In this document: in pieces, positions 1-9,993 of the stretch
Numbering within the stretch: the first letter of the stretch is position 1
Layout of the letters: each line of letters starts with the position of its first letter
Source: a virus
Length of the DNA stretch: 64,000 nt
Virus record (IMG/VR): IMGVR_UViG_3300031707_002920
Coordinates: 1-64,000 of that record
Direction: 5' to 3' (one strand)
Made by a program: the position numbers and the translations under genes
The notes under the pieces: model-generated
The model's input: the letters and a program-made list of their open reading frames with translations, nothing else
Told to the model about the DNA's origin: nothing
The model's database searches: none

Positions 1-168
1 GTACATCACTGTCCTCACTGCGGTTTCAAAACGAGCAGAGATATGAACTCTGCTTTAGAGATACTCAGACTCGGGCTGGAGTCTGTTGAGCGACCTGTGC
101 CCCGCCGCAAGGCGAGACACGGGTGAGGGCTCATGGAAGCCCCCGACTTTAGTCGGGGGAGCAGTCAC
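1..168 (+). mobile_element. tnpB: 3' end of an IS200/IS605-family element: tnpB C-terminus, omega/reRNA region and right-end hairpin
   Basis: Frame 1 reads VHHCPHCGFKTSRDMNSALEILRLGLESVERPVPRRKARHG* (Zn ribbon + RuvC-III D-x-N), stop at 126; right end GAAG-CCCCCGAC-TTTA-GTCGGGGG-AGCAG-TCAC at 136-168. Confidence 0.88.
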
Positions 169-381
169 AATTAATAGTTTGAAATTACCATTTTCACTTT
201 GATACCACCAACCATACGTATCTTCACCTGTACTATCTTTATCAGTTTTAAATAATGTAAATTTAACCTTATTTCCAGTTTTTGGATTTCGCAAATATAC
301 TTGCTGTCCGGCACTCACACCGACGTCTGACACTTCAAAACTATAAACGATTAAATCAATTTGAAAGAGATTATTAAGCAT
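169..381 (-). pseudogene. Small phage protein interrupted near its C-terminus by the IS element
   Basis: ORF reads ...YGWWYQSENGNFKLLI then runs into the IS right end; start uncertain. Confidence 0.5.
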
Positions 382-426
382 GTAAAGAACATATTTCAAG
401 AAAAAACAAATCAAAAGGTATGTATT

Positions 427-1389
427 ATGAAACACAGTGCGACAATTCAGTGCGAGTTTTTAAAAGAAGCTCGTAAATGGAAAGATTTGTCATATGAAGA
501 TCAAAAGGGATATTTGAGACGACATCCTAAAAGTAAACGAAAACTCACGGCTAGACCAGATAGTGGACAGTCTTTAAGCGAATCTAGTGAGTCACATGGC
601 GATACGATTTTGGATTTTTATAATGATAATTTTAAAGGAATTTCAAGAACTAAAGCCGAAGCTAAAATCAGAAAGTTAAAACAGAAAATACAATCCATAA
701 TGGCTCGTGGTGAACGAGGTGCGAGACGATGGGAAGACGCAGGACCGATAGACATTGCTCGTGAATTAGCAGATCGCAAGCAAGCTATAATCGATGTATA
801 TGAATTTGCAATTAATAATCCGGATAGACAACCGCCACAAGAATTGCTTGAAAAGCTTGAACACATTAGATCTGAACAAAAATATAAAAAAGAACAAAAA
901 GAAGAACATCAGCATGAAAAAGAAGAACATGCAGATTTGATGGGCAAAATCATCACATGGACATCGCGAAAGAATTTTGGAAGAGAAATGACGGGTAGGG
1001 TGACGGGAGTTAAAGCAGGAAAACACGGTGCTTATGTTAAAACAGACAATGGATGGAAAGTGCCCGTATCATTGATTACTAAAACTAAGCAAGTTCCAAA
1101 AGAAGAACGAGGTAAAGTCCAAATTAAACCTGAAGAGCTCATTGGGAAAAGAGTATCGTGGAAAACAAAGTACAGACCTCAATCATTTAGAAGACGTTTA
1201 ACTAGAAGAACTTTTAGGCCAATTAGAGTGAAACAAGAACCGCCAGGATATGATCCAAGTAAAGGGACTGCGAGTGGAATTGTTGAAGGTACAAAGGGAT
1301 CGAAGGTAATAGTTGGCGGATGGAGAATACCTCTTACGTCGATTGAACAAGTAGATAATAAAGCTTTTGAAATGTGGAAAGATATATAA
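427..1389 (+). CDS. MKH-x-IQxEF leader-family protein, basic, with KOW/SH3-like C-terminal repeats
   Basis: MKHSATIQCEFLKEARKWKDLSYEDQKGYLRRHPKSKRKLTARP; start placed at the family-conserved Met. Confidence 0.8.
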   Translation: MKHSATIQCEFLKEARKWKDLSYEDQKGYLRRHPKSKRKLTARPDSGQSLSESSESHGDTILDFYNDNFKGISRTKAEAKIRKLKQKIQSIMARGERGARRWEDAGPIDIARELADRKQAIIDVYEFAINNPDRQPPQELLEKLEHIRSEQKYKKEQKEEHQHEKEEHADLMGKIITWTSRKNFGREMTGRVTGVKAGKHGAYVKTDNGWKVPVSLITKTKQVPKEERGKVQIKPEELIGKRVSWKTKYRPQSFRRRLTRRTFRPIRVKQEPPGYDPSKGTASGIVEGTKGSKVIVGGWRIPLTSIEQVDNKAFEMWKDI

Positions 1390-1483
1390 AAGAGCGTGTT
1401 TTACTGTCAGAAAATCTATGATTTCACACGGTAGAGACACTAGTGCTGTCGTACAAGTTACCACGACTATGGGAATAGCAATC

Positions 1484-1840
1484 TCAGAAGATGACTAAGA
1501 GCGTTAGGGCATTTAACCAATTCCAATACAATCTTAATGCTTTGTCTTTTGGTCGGACTTTCTGCCAATCGCCAGTACAAAAGATGCGATAGCTGTCATT
1601 GGCATATTTACCAATGCCATATAATTCAATTGGTAATGTCCATTCTTTATTAACATATTCGCGACTGAATTTTTTTATTATTGTCGCTCGTCTTCTATAA
1701 AGACCGAGAGGTTTCAATAGTTTAATGAGATAATTTTTCTTCGTTTTTAATATATCTTGTGGCGATCTAAAGCGTTTGAAAAATTTTTTAGCTATAGGCT
1801 TAATTTGGGTGAACGGTGATTTTGGTGGTTTGTAGTTCAT
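1484..1840 (-). CDS. MBD4-like HhH DNA glycosylase, apparently with an internal deletion
   Basis: PPKSPF, LKPLGLYRRRA, LYGIGKYANDSYRIFC and D-K-x-L-x-x-Y-W-x-W motifs; the helix normally following PPxSPF is missing. Confidence 0.7.
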   Translation of the reverse strand: MNYKPPKSPFTQIKPIAKKFFKRFRSPQDILKTKKNYLIKLLKPLGLYRRRATIIKKFSREYVNKEWTLPIELYGIGKYANDSYRIFCTGDWQKVRPKDKALRLYWNWLNALTLLVIF

Positions 1841-1938
1841 GGATTAGTAATCAGTAGCACTGTCAATGTCGTGTAAACTGTCTATTTATTTTATAAAAGC
1901 GCTATTACAGAATAGTTAAATAAAAAAAGGATTGTATA

Positions 1939-2313
1939 ATGTCAATTACAATTAGTGCTATAACTATAGTTTTAGTATGCATCATTTTAGTTATTTTTAG
2001 TATTAAAAATAGACAGGCGACAAAGAGAGAAATCGATAGTGAAGATCCAGAAATTGATAGGAATTCACCGCCTGACACTGATTGGCAACTTGAATCTGCA
2101 GCTGCAGTCGATAAAGTTTTAAAATTCACTTATCAAGAACATAATTTAGAGAAAACAGTTTATTGCACGGCCGTATTTTTCAATGCAAAAACTGGTCAAT
2201 ATAAATTAGATGTGCCATGGTCTAGAAGCTTGACACTCGAAAAATCTAGTATAAATAACAAAATGATCGTCGCTATTGATAAGTCAAAAGTATTTGCAGG
2301 TGATATTATATGA
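1939..2313 (+). CDS. Hypothetical protein with N-terminal membrane anchor
   Basis: Hydrophobic N-terminus, AAGGA RBS. Confidence 0.65.
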   Translation: MSITISAITIVLVCIILVIFSIKNRQATKREIDSEDPEIDRNSPPDTDWQLESAAAVDKVLKFTYQEHNLEKTVYCTAVFFNAKTGQYKLDVPWSRSLTLEKSSINNKMIVAIDKSKVFAGDII

Positions 2314-3773
2314 AATATAAGACTATACATAATGAGTTTATAAGGCTGGCGCTTGATAAGAGTGCGATGAATTTGTATTTAGTTGACCGGTCAAACTTCA
2401 AAAGCAAATTGATGTTTTTTAGAACGGTTGACAATCGTTTTAACGATTTTAATGCCGAAGTGAATGAAGTTAATGTTCGCACTGATGGTAATGATTTGAT
2501 AGTCTGCTGTGGTTGTGGTGAAGAAGTCTCTGCGAATGTCATTAGGACTACGACTGCTCACGGCATACAAAAAACTGAATATCTTAAATGGCCGAAAATA
2601 TCTATAATAATACCCGCGTGGTTCAATAAACGATTAACTATTGCTTGTGTTGAAGGAATAATTTTAGGTTCGTATAAATTTGATTTTTATAAGACAAAAA
2701 AATATCATCATCTATCAGCTATAGAAATTACTACTGATAAGATTACTGAAGATGATTTAAAAGAAATACAAACTGTTTGTGAATGCACTAATTTTGCTAG
2801 AGACATGGTTAATAAAAATGCAAAAGATAAATATCCTGAAATTTTTGCTAATTTTATTAAGAATGAATTAGTACCATTAGGATTAGACGTCACAATTCTT
2901 CCTGACGAAATAATGAAGCGATTTGGTTTAATACAAGCAGTTAGTAAAGGCTCACCATATCCTGCAAGAGTGGTCACAATTCAATACGCAGGTAATCAAA
3001 CTTCTACAGGTAAAATAGCGTTAATTGGTAAAGGTATTATTTTTGATACTGGTGGTCTTGTATTAAAAGAACCAGAACAAATTAAATCAATGAGAAAAGA
3101 TATTGCTGGCGCTGCGACAATGACAGCGCTAATGAAGGCTGTGGCTATATTGCAGTTGCCAATCAATATAGTTTGCGTATTACCGTTAACGTATAATTCT
3201 ATAGATGGTAAATCTTATTTCCCAGGTGATGTTTATACATCTTATAATGGTAAATCGGTGGAAATCGATAATACTGATGCAGAAGGTCGTTTGATTCTTG
3301 CAGATGCTATTTCTTATTGTATCGAGAATTTTAGACCGACAATGTTAATTGACATTGCCACATTGACTAGGACAATAATTAACATTTTTGGTAAATCAGC
3401 TGCTGGTTTATTTACTAACAACGATCAACTTGCTCGCGAACTGTATAAGGCGGGTAAACTCACTAACGAAAGAGTGTGGAAGTTGCCGCTGTTCAAAGAT
3501 TATAAGAAATCTGTAGAGAGCGATATTGCTGATTATAGGAATTCGTTTGAACAACAACAGGCAAAGTCAGCTATGGGGGCAGTGTTCATTCAACAATTTG
3601 TCAATGATGTCACGTGGGCTCATATCGACATGTCAAATGTAGCATTTAACGAAGACGTGCGAGATGAGATCGATCACTCGCATGGTGAAATTCCACATTA
3701 TGCTACTGGTTTTGGCGTGCGATTATTATATGAATTTTTAAAAAATAGATTAACTGAAAAGGAAAATTCATGA
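2310..3773 (+). CDS. pepA: Leucyl aminopeptidase (M17) carrying the family leader MKYKTIHNEF
   Basis: GKGIIFDTGG, KDIAGAA, NTDAEGRL, DIATLT, WAHID, ATGFGVRLL. Confidence 0.93.
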   Translation: MKYKTIHNEFIRLALDKSAMNLYLVDRSNFKSKLMFFRTVDNRFNDFNAEVNEVNVRTDGNDLIVCCGCGEEVSANVIRTTTAHGIQKTEYLKWPKISIIIPAWFNKRLTIACVEGIILGSYKFDFYKTKKYHHLSAIEITTDKITEDDLKEIQTVCECTNFARDMVNKNAKDKYPEIFANFIKNELVPLGLDVTILPDEIMKRFGLIQAVSKGSPYPARVVTIQYAGNQTSTGKIALIGKGIIFDTGGLVLKEPEQIKSMRKDIAGAATMTALMKAVAILQLPINIVCVLPLTYNSIDGKSYFPGDVYTSYNGKSVEIDNTDAEGRLILADAISYCIENFRPTMLIDIATLTRTIINIFGKSAAGLFTNNDQLARELYKAGKLTNERVWKLPLFKDYKKSVESDIADYRNSFEQQQAKSAMGAVFIQQFVNDVTWAHIDMSNVAFNEDVRDEIDHSHGEIPHYATGFGVRLLYEFLKNRLTEKENS

Positions 3774-3790
3774 ATAAAGCTACATTATCA

Positions 3791-4123
3791 ATGAAACATT
3801 TAGCAGCTATACAAAATGAATTTTTTAAAATGGCAATAAGTGATAAGAGTTCTAGTCATAAAAAACCCAGTTTTTTTACTGCAACTAAATATCGCGATCC
3901 GACTGATAAAGAGTTACAAGAGATTCATGATAGTAATCCTAATGCTGACGATTTGATACAAGGATTTGGATATTCTATTATTGGTAGAGGATTTGCGGCA
4001 TTTAAACATAAGTTGATGATAATTAATGCAATCGAACGGTTAAATAAATTAGATCCTGGCAACCAACAATATAAAATTGCATTAAAAAGAGCAAAAAGCA
4101 TGAAACTACACGGGCAGTTATAA
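3791..4123 (+). CDS. MKH-leader family protein
   Basis: MKHLAAIQNEFFKMA. Confidence 0.75.
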   Translation: MKHLAAIQNEFFKMAISDKSSSHKKPSFFTATKYRDPTDKELQEIHDSNPNADDLIQGFGYSIIGRGFAAFKHKLMIINAIERLNKLDPGNQQYKIALKRAKSMKLHGQL

Positions 4124-4564
4124 ATGAAACATTTCGCTAAAATACAAAATGAATTTGTTGAAGACAATATTTTAGCGCTCGCAAAAAAGTATCTTGAAAA
4201 TACTGAAGATGATTGGAATTATATCACGCCTGAAGAATTAAATAAAAAGATCGAAGCAAAGAAAAATCCGTTTGACTTAATGATTGATTTACGCGATAAA
4301 GACAGTTTTAAAAAGGGTCATATCAAAAATGCGATTAACATATTTTGGTTAGATATATTAAAAGAAAAAAATTTAGAATCGCTTCCAAAAGATAAAAAGA
4401 TCTTAGTTTATTGTTATGTGGGTCATACGTCAAGCCAGATCATGACGTTGCTTAAATTATTAGGTTATGATGTGGTAAGCTTAAAGTTTGGTATGGGCAT
4501 TTCACCAGTCAAAGCAGTGCCGGTCGCAGGATGGACAAATTTTAATTTTGAATTAGAAAAATGA
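4124..4564 (+). CDS. Rhodanese-domain protein with the MKH leader
   Basis: MKHFAKIQNEF; IDLR...GHIKNAINI; active-site loop YCYVGHTS. Confidence 0.88.
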   Translation: MKHFAKIQNEFVEDNILALAKKYLENTEDDWNYITPEELNKKIEAKKNPFDLMIDLRDKDSFKKGHIKNAINIFWLDILKEKNLESLPKDKKILVYCYVGHTSSQIMTLLKLLGYDVVSLKFGMGISPVKAVPVAGWTNFNFELEK

Positions 4565-4568
4565 TTTT

Positions 4569-4832
4569 ATGAGTCATGTAGCATTGATACAGACTGAATT
4601 CTTGAAATTTGCAAAACAATATAGTCGTCGTTGGATGAAAATGAATATGCAACAACAACGACAATATTTAGAAGATCATCCGGGATCAAAGAAAGTTGTT
4701 ACGGGTAAACCTCACGATTTTATAAAAAGAAAAAGATATAGATTAAAACCCAAATTTAGACGAATTAAGAGATATGAAAAAACACGGCACATGAAAGATC
4801 AACATTCAATGCAAACATTGCAAGGAGCATAG
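4569..4832 (+). CDS. MKH-leader family protein, very basic
   Basis: MSHVALIQTEFLKFA...W...QQRQYLEDHPGSKK. Confidence 0.75.
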   Translation: MSHVALIQTEFLKFAKQYSRRWMKMNMQQQRQYLEDHPGSKKVVTGKPHDFIKRKRYRLKPKFRRIKRYEKTRHMKDQHSMQTLQGA

Positions 4833-4833
4833 C

Positions 4834-5952
4834 ATGAAGCACTTATCTGCGATTAGTAAAGAATTTATGAAATTAGCATTATCTGATCCATATTGGAATG
4901 ACTTGAATTATTTTGAACAACGTAAATATATTCAACAACATCCAGGTACTAAAAAGCGAATAACAGTTCAACCACCAATGTCAGATACTAGTTTTCAAGT
5001 CTGTCCTTTGTGCGATCGAAAATTTGTAGATAAAGATAAAGTCTTAACACACATTAAAGCCGATCATTCTTTTGCCGACACGACGCCAGAAGCTATGCAG
5101 ACTTATACACGATTCAAAAAGATATACGACAATGCAAAGAAAATGCGAACCGTAGATGTTATAAATGAATTGCCGCCATTAGAACCCCAAGAAGAAGACA
5201 TTCATAAAACATTGTTTATGCATTATGGTTCAAAAATCCGTCAAGAAATAAATGGATTAAAAGAGCCTATTAGACATATAATTATAAGCGAAGATGCTGA
5301 AACTCAAGACATTGATGCTAATGAAAATCATGATCTTTATAAAAATTTAGTAGAAAAGTTAAAGCTTACTCCAATATTTGATGAGTCGTCAGGTGAAGAA
5401 TCGAAACCGGTCGTATTAGATTTATCAGAAGGCGGAAAAGAACAGGCGTATACTGGTAAATCATTAGGCGAACGATTAGAAATGCAAATAGCAAAAGGCA
5501 CGATCGATAATATTCCAGTAATAGTAAGTAATTTTTATCGTTCGGGAACATCAAAAGGAACGCCTCATCCATACGAAGATTCAGGCGTTGAATTGTTCTT
5601 TGGTGCTACCAAAGAAGAAGAAGCTGCTTTTCAAAAAAGAATGCAAGAACGACAACTGAGGCGCGAAGAACGCAAATTACAGCGGTCGAAAGAGCCAAGA
5701 GGACAACGAAAGAAAATATGGACAGACCGCAAAGTTAAAAGGCTCGGTCGTCAAATAGCTAGAGACTTAAAAAGCAGCGGCATGCTTGAAAATGATGATG
5801 CTGTATATGATACTGTTAGAAATCGCTTAGAACAAGATCCTACGTTAAAGGAATTTTTTAAAGCAAAAGGTATAAGTGATGATAATATAGTATTTGCTTT
5901 TGCAGATTATATACCCGTTAGTTATAAGCGAAAACACAAATCAATGGAGTGA
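4834..5952 (+). CDS. MKH-leader family protein with a C2H2 zinc finger
   Basis: MKHLSAISKEF..WNDLNYFEQRKYIQQHPGTKKR; CPLC-x12-HIKADH. Confidence 0.8.
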   Translation: MKHLSAISKEFMKLALSDPYWNDLNYFEQRKYIQQHPGTKKRITVQPPMSDTSFQVCPLCDRKFVDKDKVLTHIKADHSFADTTPEAMQTYTRFKKIYDNAKKMRTVDVINELPPLEPQEEDIHKTLFMHYGSKIRQEINGLKEPIRHIIISEDAETQDIDANENHDLYKNLVEKLKLTPIFDESSGEESKPVVLDLSEGGKEQAYTGKSLGERLEMQIAKGTIDNIPVIVSNFYRSGTSKGTPHPYEDSGVELFFGATKEEEAAFQKRMQERQLRREERKLQRSKEPRGQRKKIWTDRKVKRLGRQIARDLKSSGMLENDDAVYDTVRNRLEQDPTLKEFFKAKGISDDNIVFAFADYIPVSYKRKHKSME

Positions 5953-5957
5953 TCTTC

Positions 5958-7088
5958 ATGAAGCATTTAGCCGTTATACAAGCTGAATTTGTTAAAACAG
6001 CGAGAAAGTGGAAAGATTTGTCGTATGATGAGCAAAAGCGGTATATTAAGAGACATCCAAAAACTAAACGTAGATTGACGGCAAAGCCGAGAGCAAAAGG
6101 AGTTGAGACCGATTTTAATGAAATGATTGGTTCAAAACGAATAGTCGTCGGTGTGAAGAAGTTAAATAGACTGCTCGACAAAATTAATAAAAATTACATT
6201 AAAGTCCCAAGAGCAAAAGTTAGCTGGGTTTTAGAAAAAGCTTTAAACGGCACACCTCCGCGTAATAATCCTAAAACGTATGATTTGAGAGAGCACGATC
6301 TAACAGCACCGAAAACACAGAAAATAGTAAATGCTCTTAACAGACGAGTAAATAGATTAGTCAGATCGTCAAATAAACTTATCGCTAGACAAAGGTCATC
6401 AGGCGAGGCTGTTGAAGCAGTTAACAATTATATTAAGCAAAATTTTGTAGTGCTCAAGGACGCAAAACCTGTTAAAAGTCTTAGAGAAATGCGAGAATTT
6501 AAAGCGCCAAAAGTAAAAGTTGAAAAAGTTAAACGGCCAACAGGATCACATTTTAGTACAGGTGATCGAGTTAAACTTAGAAATGGCATCGAAGGAACTA
6601 TTGTTCGCATTAAATATGGACATAAATGGACGACGATAAACGTCACGACAGATGACGGCAAGCATTGGCATACTAAACATTCGGGCACGTATGGTCCCGG
6701 CTTAACATTTATAGGTAAAACTTCAGAAAAGGATGCCCAGAGGATAAAAAAGGTACGACAAGATTTTGATCAAGCTATTAACAATAGAAAACAACGACGC
6801 ACTGAAGAGGGTCGAGAAAAAATTAATTTAATGAGTATTCATCCAGGCGATACTATAATGATTAAAGGTCATGACTATAATTGGTCGGCAGAAGTTGTCA
6901 GTGTAGATTATCGCAAGGGCGGCGTTAGGATCAATCAACTGAGATCGAGAAGACAACGACCATCAATTTTTAACAGTGGATTTGGGTCTGCAGTTCTACA
7001 GCCAGGGCGTGTAGTGTCTCAACACTATAGATTTATACCTGCAGTTTATATCGTAAGTAAATCTGGCAAAGGAGCATCACATTCATGA
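5958..7088 (+). CDS. MKH-leader family protein with KOW-like motifs
   Basis: MKHLAVIQAEFVKTARKWKDLSYDEQKRYIKRHPKTKRRLTAKP; FSTGDRVKL, IHPGDTIMI. Confidence 0.8.
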   Translation: MKHLAVIQAEFVKTARKWKDLSYDEQKRYIKRHPKTKRRLTAKPRAKGVETDFNEMIGSKRIVVGVKKLNRLLDKINKNYIKVPRAKVSWVLEKALNGTPPRNNPKTYDLREHDLTAPKTQKIVNALNRRVNRLVRSSNKLIARQRSSGEAVEAVNNYIKQNFVVLKDAKPVKSLREMREFKAPKVKVEKVKRPTGSHFSTGDRVKLRNGIEGTIVRIKYGHKWTTINVTTDDGKHWHTKHSGTYGPGLTFIGKTSEKDAQRIKKVRQDFDQAINNRKQRRTEEGREKINLMSIHPGDTIMIKGHDYNWSAEVVSVDYRKGGVRINQLRSRRQRPSIFNSGFGSAVLQPGRVVSQHYRFIPAVYIVSKSGKGASHS

Positions 7089-8221
7089 AACATTTGGCAA
7101 CTATTCAGACAGAATTTTTGAAAGAAGCTCGAAAGTGGGACGATCTCTCTTATGAAGAACAGAAGGGCTATCTCTCGAGACATCCAAAAACAAAAAGAAG
7201 ATTAACAGCCAGACCTGAACAAGCTAGTGTACAGAAGTCACAATCTAAAGAATTAATCGGTAAACAGGCAATCTTTGATCTTCATACTGATAAAGTTAGA
7301 GCAGATTTTACTGCTGAAGATTTTGGTATAGACCAACAGACATTTCAAAAATTATTTGACCATCAAGGTCAGAAAGCAACAGTCGAAGCCATTGAGGTCG
7401 ACAATGGTAAAGTTGCTACAAGTTATTATAATATATCATTCGGAGATGGTTTTAAAGCTAATGCTATTAGCGGATCATATTTAACAGCTGTAGAACCAGA
7501 AACACAGCTTGTAGAATCGAAAAAATCTGGACCAGTTAAACAAAAATTGCCAGAAAAATTGAAAGAGCGCAAACTTTTTCCAGCAGACGCAATTAAAAGT
7601 TCTTTAGAATCACTAAATTTAGGAGGAGAGAGGTACGATTCAGATGAAAGAGAAAGAGTACATGTACAAAAAAATCATAAAGGCGAGGTCAAATATCTTG
7701 AAGTTGATTTTAGGCATTTAGGCACTTGGCATAGCAGGCCGGGCGAAGAAGACGATGATTATCCGAGATGGGATGAAGGGTCAGAGAAAAAATATACGAA
7801 AATATTTGAAAGTTGGGCGCGATCAAAACCGTGGTTTGATGAAGATACGATGAAAACATATGTGAGGACCGATGAAAAAGCATACGTGTCTTTTGGAATT
7901 AAAAAGCGTATGGAACCAGAAAAGAAAGAAGCTATAAAGAATTATTATACGAATTTAGTAGATGAAGTACGAAAAATAATTGATAACATTAAGCCTTTTA
8001 ATATGCGTGATATGTATCCAAGAATGCAAGAAATTTCAAGCAAATTAGGTGAAAATAGAGAATTAATGTCTCAGAAGAAAACGTTAGAAGACGATTATAA
8101 GATGATACTTGATAAATCAAACAATTTCTATACAGTAAAAGCTGCTGAAGGTGGATTAAATAAATTCATCATTGATGAATCTAGATTGAAAAACATCAAA
8201 GAAGAAATAGACAATAGTTAA
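7085..8221 (+). CDS. MKH-leader family protein
   Basis: MKHLATIQTEFLKEARKWDDLSYEEQKGYLSRHPKTKRRLTARP. Confidence 0.8.
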   Translation: MKHLATIQTEFLKEARKWDDLSYEEQKGYLSRHPKTKRRLTARPEQASVQKSQSKELIGKQAIFDLHTDKVRADFTAEDFGIDQQTFQKLFDHQGQKATVEAIEVDNGKVATSYYNISFGDGFKANAISGSYLTAVEPETQLVESKKSGPVKQKLPEKLKERKLFPADAIKSSLESLNLGGERYDSDERERVHVQKNHKGEVKYLEVDFRHLGTWHSRPGEEDDDYPRWDEGSEKKYTKIFESWARSKPWFDEDTMKTYVRTDEKAYVSFGIKKRMEPEKKEAIKNYYTNLVDEVRKIIDNIKPFNMRDMYPRMQEISSKLGENRELMSQKKTLEDDYKMILDKSNNFYTVKAAEGGLNKFIIDESRLKNIKEEIDNS

Positions 8222-8260
8222 AAATCTTTGTCATCAATGATTGACGAGAAGTAAAGGCAT

Positions 8261-8896
8261 ATGAAACATGTAGCTATTATTCAATTAGAATTTTTGAAAA
8301 AAGCCCGTAATTGGGATGATCTGTCTTATGAAGAGCAAAAGGCATATATTTCAAGACATCCTAAGACTAAACGCAGGATAACAGCTAGATATAGAGTGGG
8401 TGATAAAGTTCATATAGTTAATAGTAAAGGAAATAAAGAACCTGCAACTATTATTCGGGATTTAGAGTCTTCTGGAGTTCCTGGTAAGTATAGGTTTAAA
8501 CTTGATAATGAAAATATTGAAGGTCATGCTGCTCCCGATGAATTAGTTAAGCGCGAGTCAGTTACATCATCGGTCAGCGAACAGCTAGTACAGAAACCGT
8601 TGAAAAAAAGCAAGTTCACATTTAAGACTGAGAAACCTACAGGCAAGTGGCGCAGTTTTGCAGAAGATCACAACGCTATTAAATTCAGTGGAAAAGAAGT
8701 CGGTCTCATTACATCTAAGCCGCATCGTATTAAATTGATGGTAGAAAAAGCAGACATAATGGAAGATAAAAATCCCAATTGTAGTTGGAAGTGGATAACG
8801 TTAAAACCAGAGTTTAATACGATAGACGAAGCTAAGAATTTTATTATTAACTATGCTGATGCAATTACAAGTAAATGGGAATTAAAAAGTTTATAA
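8261..8896 (+). CDS. MKH-leader family protein
   Basis: MKHVAIIQLEFLKKARNWDDLSYEEQKAYISRHPKTKRRITAR; YRVGDKVHI. Confidence 0.8.
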   Translation: MKHVAIIQLEFLKKARNWDDLSYEEQKAYISRHPKTKRRITARYRVGDKVHIVNSKGNKEPATIIRDLESSGVPGKYRFKLDNENIEGHAAPDELVKRESVTSSVSEQLVQKPLKKSKFTFKTEKPTGKWRSFAEDHNAIKFSGKEVGLITSKPHRIKLMVEKADIMEDKNPNCSWKWITLKPEFNTIDEAKNFIINYADAITSKWELKSL

Positions 8897-8912
8897 GAAA
8901 AGAAAGGTATTT

Positions 8913-9365
8913 ATGAAATATGCAACTATTGTTCAATCAGAATTTGTAAAAGAAGCTCGTAAATGGAATGAATTGTCTCGAAAAGAGCAACAAGCATATC
9001 TTAAAGCTCATCCAAAATCGAAAAAACGATTAACTGCTGGTCCAAAAATAGGTGATCCTGGTGAAAAACGGCCAAAATATGGACCTGATAGTGTTGAAGC
9101 AGAAAAAGCAAGAGAAAAACACATATCTGAATTGCAATTTGCTGCTAAACTAAAGAAAATTATTTCTGATAGCAAGTCTGATATTGAAAAATTTCAAAAA
9201 ACAGGTGAATTATCAGACGAATTATATGAAAATTTGTTTGACTATTTTACCATGGAAACAAAAGAAATGCCATACGGAACAGCAAAAGCTAGGACGGGCG
9301 ATCCTTATGAATGGATCAGTGATAAATTGAATGAGACTTTAAAAACGAAAGGAAGTATTCAATGA
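8913..9365 (+). CDS. MKH-leader family protein
   Basis: MKYATIVQSEFVKEARKWNELSRKEQQAYLKAHPKSKKRLTAGP. Confidence 0.8.
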   Translation: MKYATIVQSEFVKEARKWNELSRKEQQAYLKAHPKSKKRLTAGPKIGDPGEKRPKYGPDSVEAEKAREKHISELQFAAKLKKIISDSKSDIEKFQKTGELSDELYENLFDYFTMETKEMPYGTAKARTGDPYEWISDKLNETLKTKGSIQ

Positions 9366-9477
9366 ACATTTAGCCGTGATTCAAAATGAGTTCTTGAAAA
9401 TATCGGGTTTCATGGGATTAGGACATTGGAGTGACAGCGATGAAGCTGCTGATTTCTTCAACACTATTGAAAGGTGA
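9362..9477 (+). pseudogene. Frameshifted/truncated MKH-leader family gene
   Basis: ATG-AA-CAT-TTA-GCC-GTG-ATT-CAA-AAT-GAG-TTC: one A missing from ATGAAACAT; shifted frame reads HLAVIQNEFLKISG. Confidence 0.65.
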
Positions 9478-9482
9478 AAGAT

Positions 9483-9771
9483 ATGAAACATCTTACAGTA
9501 ATTCAAACTGAGTTTTTGAAAGAAGCACGCAAGTGGGACGATCTCGATCAAGATCAACAACGCGCTTATCTAAAACGTCATCCAAAAAGTAATCATGGTA
9601 ACTGCTGCTATAATTGTAGCAATCGCAATCAGTCAGAAACCAGCAGCAAAGCAGTCAGTGACAGCTATTTCAAAAGCTGACACTGTCACGACTGTTGTTA
9701 AAGACACTACTAAAGTTGTCAACGACACAACAAAAGTTATTAAGGTCAAAGAAGTAGCTAAAAAGAAGTAA
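9483..9771 (+). pseudogene. MKH-leader N-terminus joined out of frame to a signal-peptide-type gene remnant
   Basis: MKHLTVIQTEF...LKRHPKS, then another frame reads VIMVTAAIIVAIAISQKPAAK...KDTTKVVNDTTK...KKK*. Confidence 0.55.
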
Positions 9772-9867
9772 GTAACATGGTTTATCTTCGCTTTTTCAAT
9801 TGATTATTGTTTTATATTCAGGAATATTTCAAGAAACTTGTTGTATATTATTTAATTGGAGCACGTA

Positions 9868-9993
9868 ATGCAAACCTTACAACTTCACACCACGCTATCA
9901 ATAGAACGTGTAAAGCACGTGGTAATGGGGTTGTCCTATTTATCATACCTTGGAAAAGAAGAAGGTTATGATATATGGACAGGCGGGGTTTGA
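9868..9993 (+). CDS. Leader peptide 1 (41 aa) of the tRNA operon 1 attenuator
   Basis: GGAG RBS; MQTLQLHTTLSIERVKHVVMGLSYLSYLGKEEGYDIWTGGV*; stop overlaps the antiterminator strand. Confidence 0.8.
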   Translation: MQTLQLHTTLSIERVKHVVMGLSYLSYLGKEEGYDIWTGGV

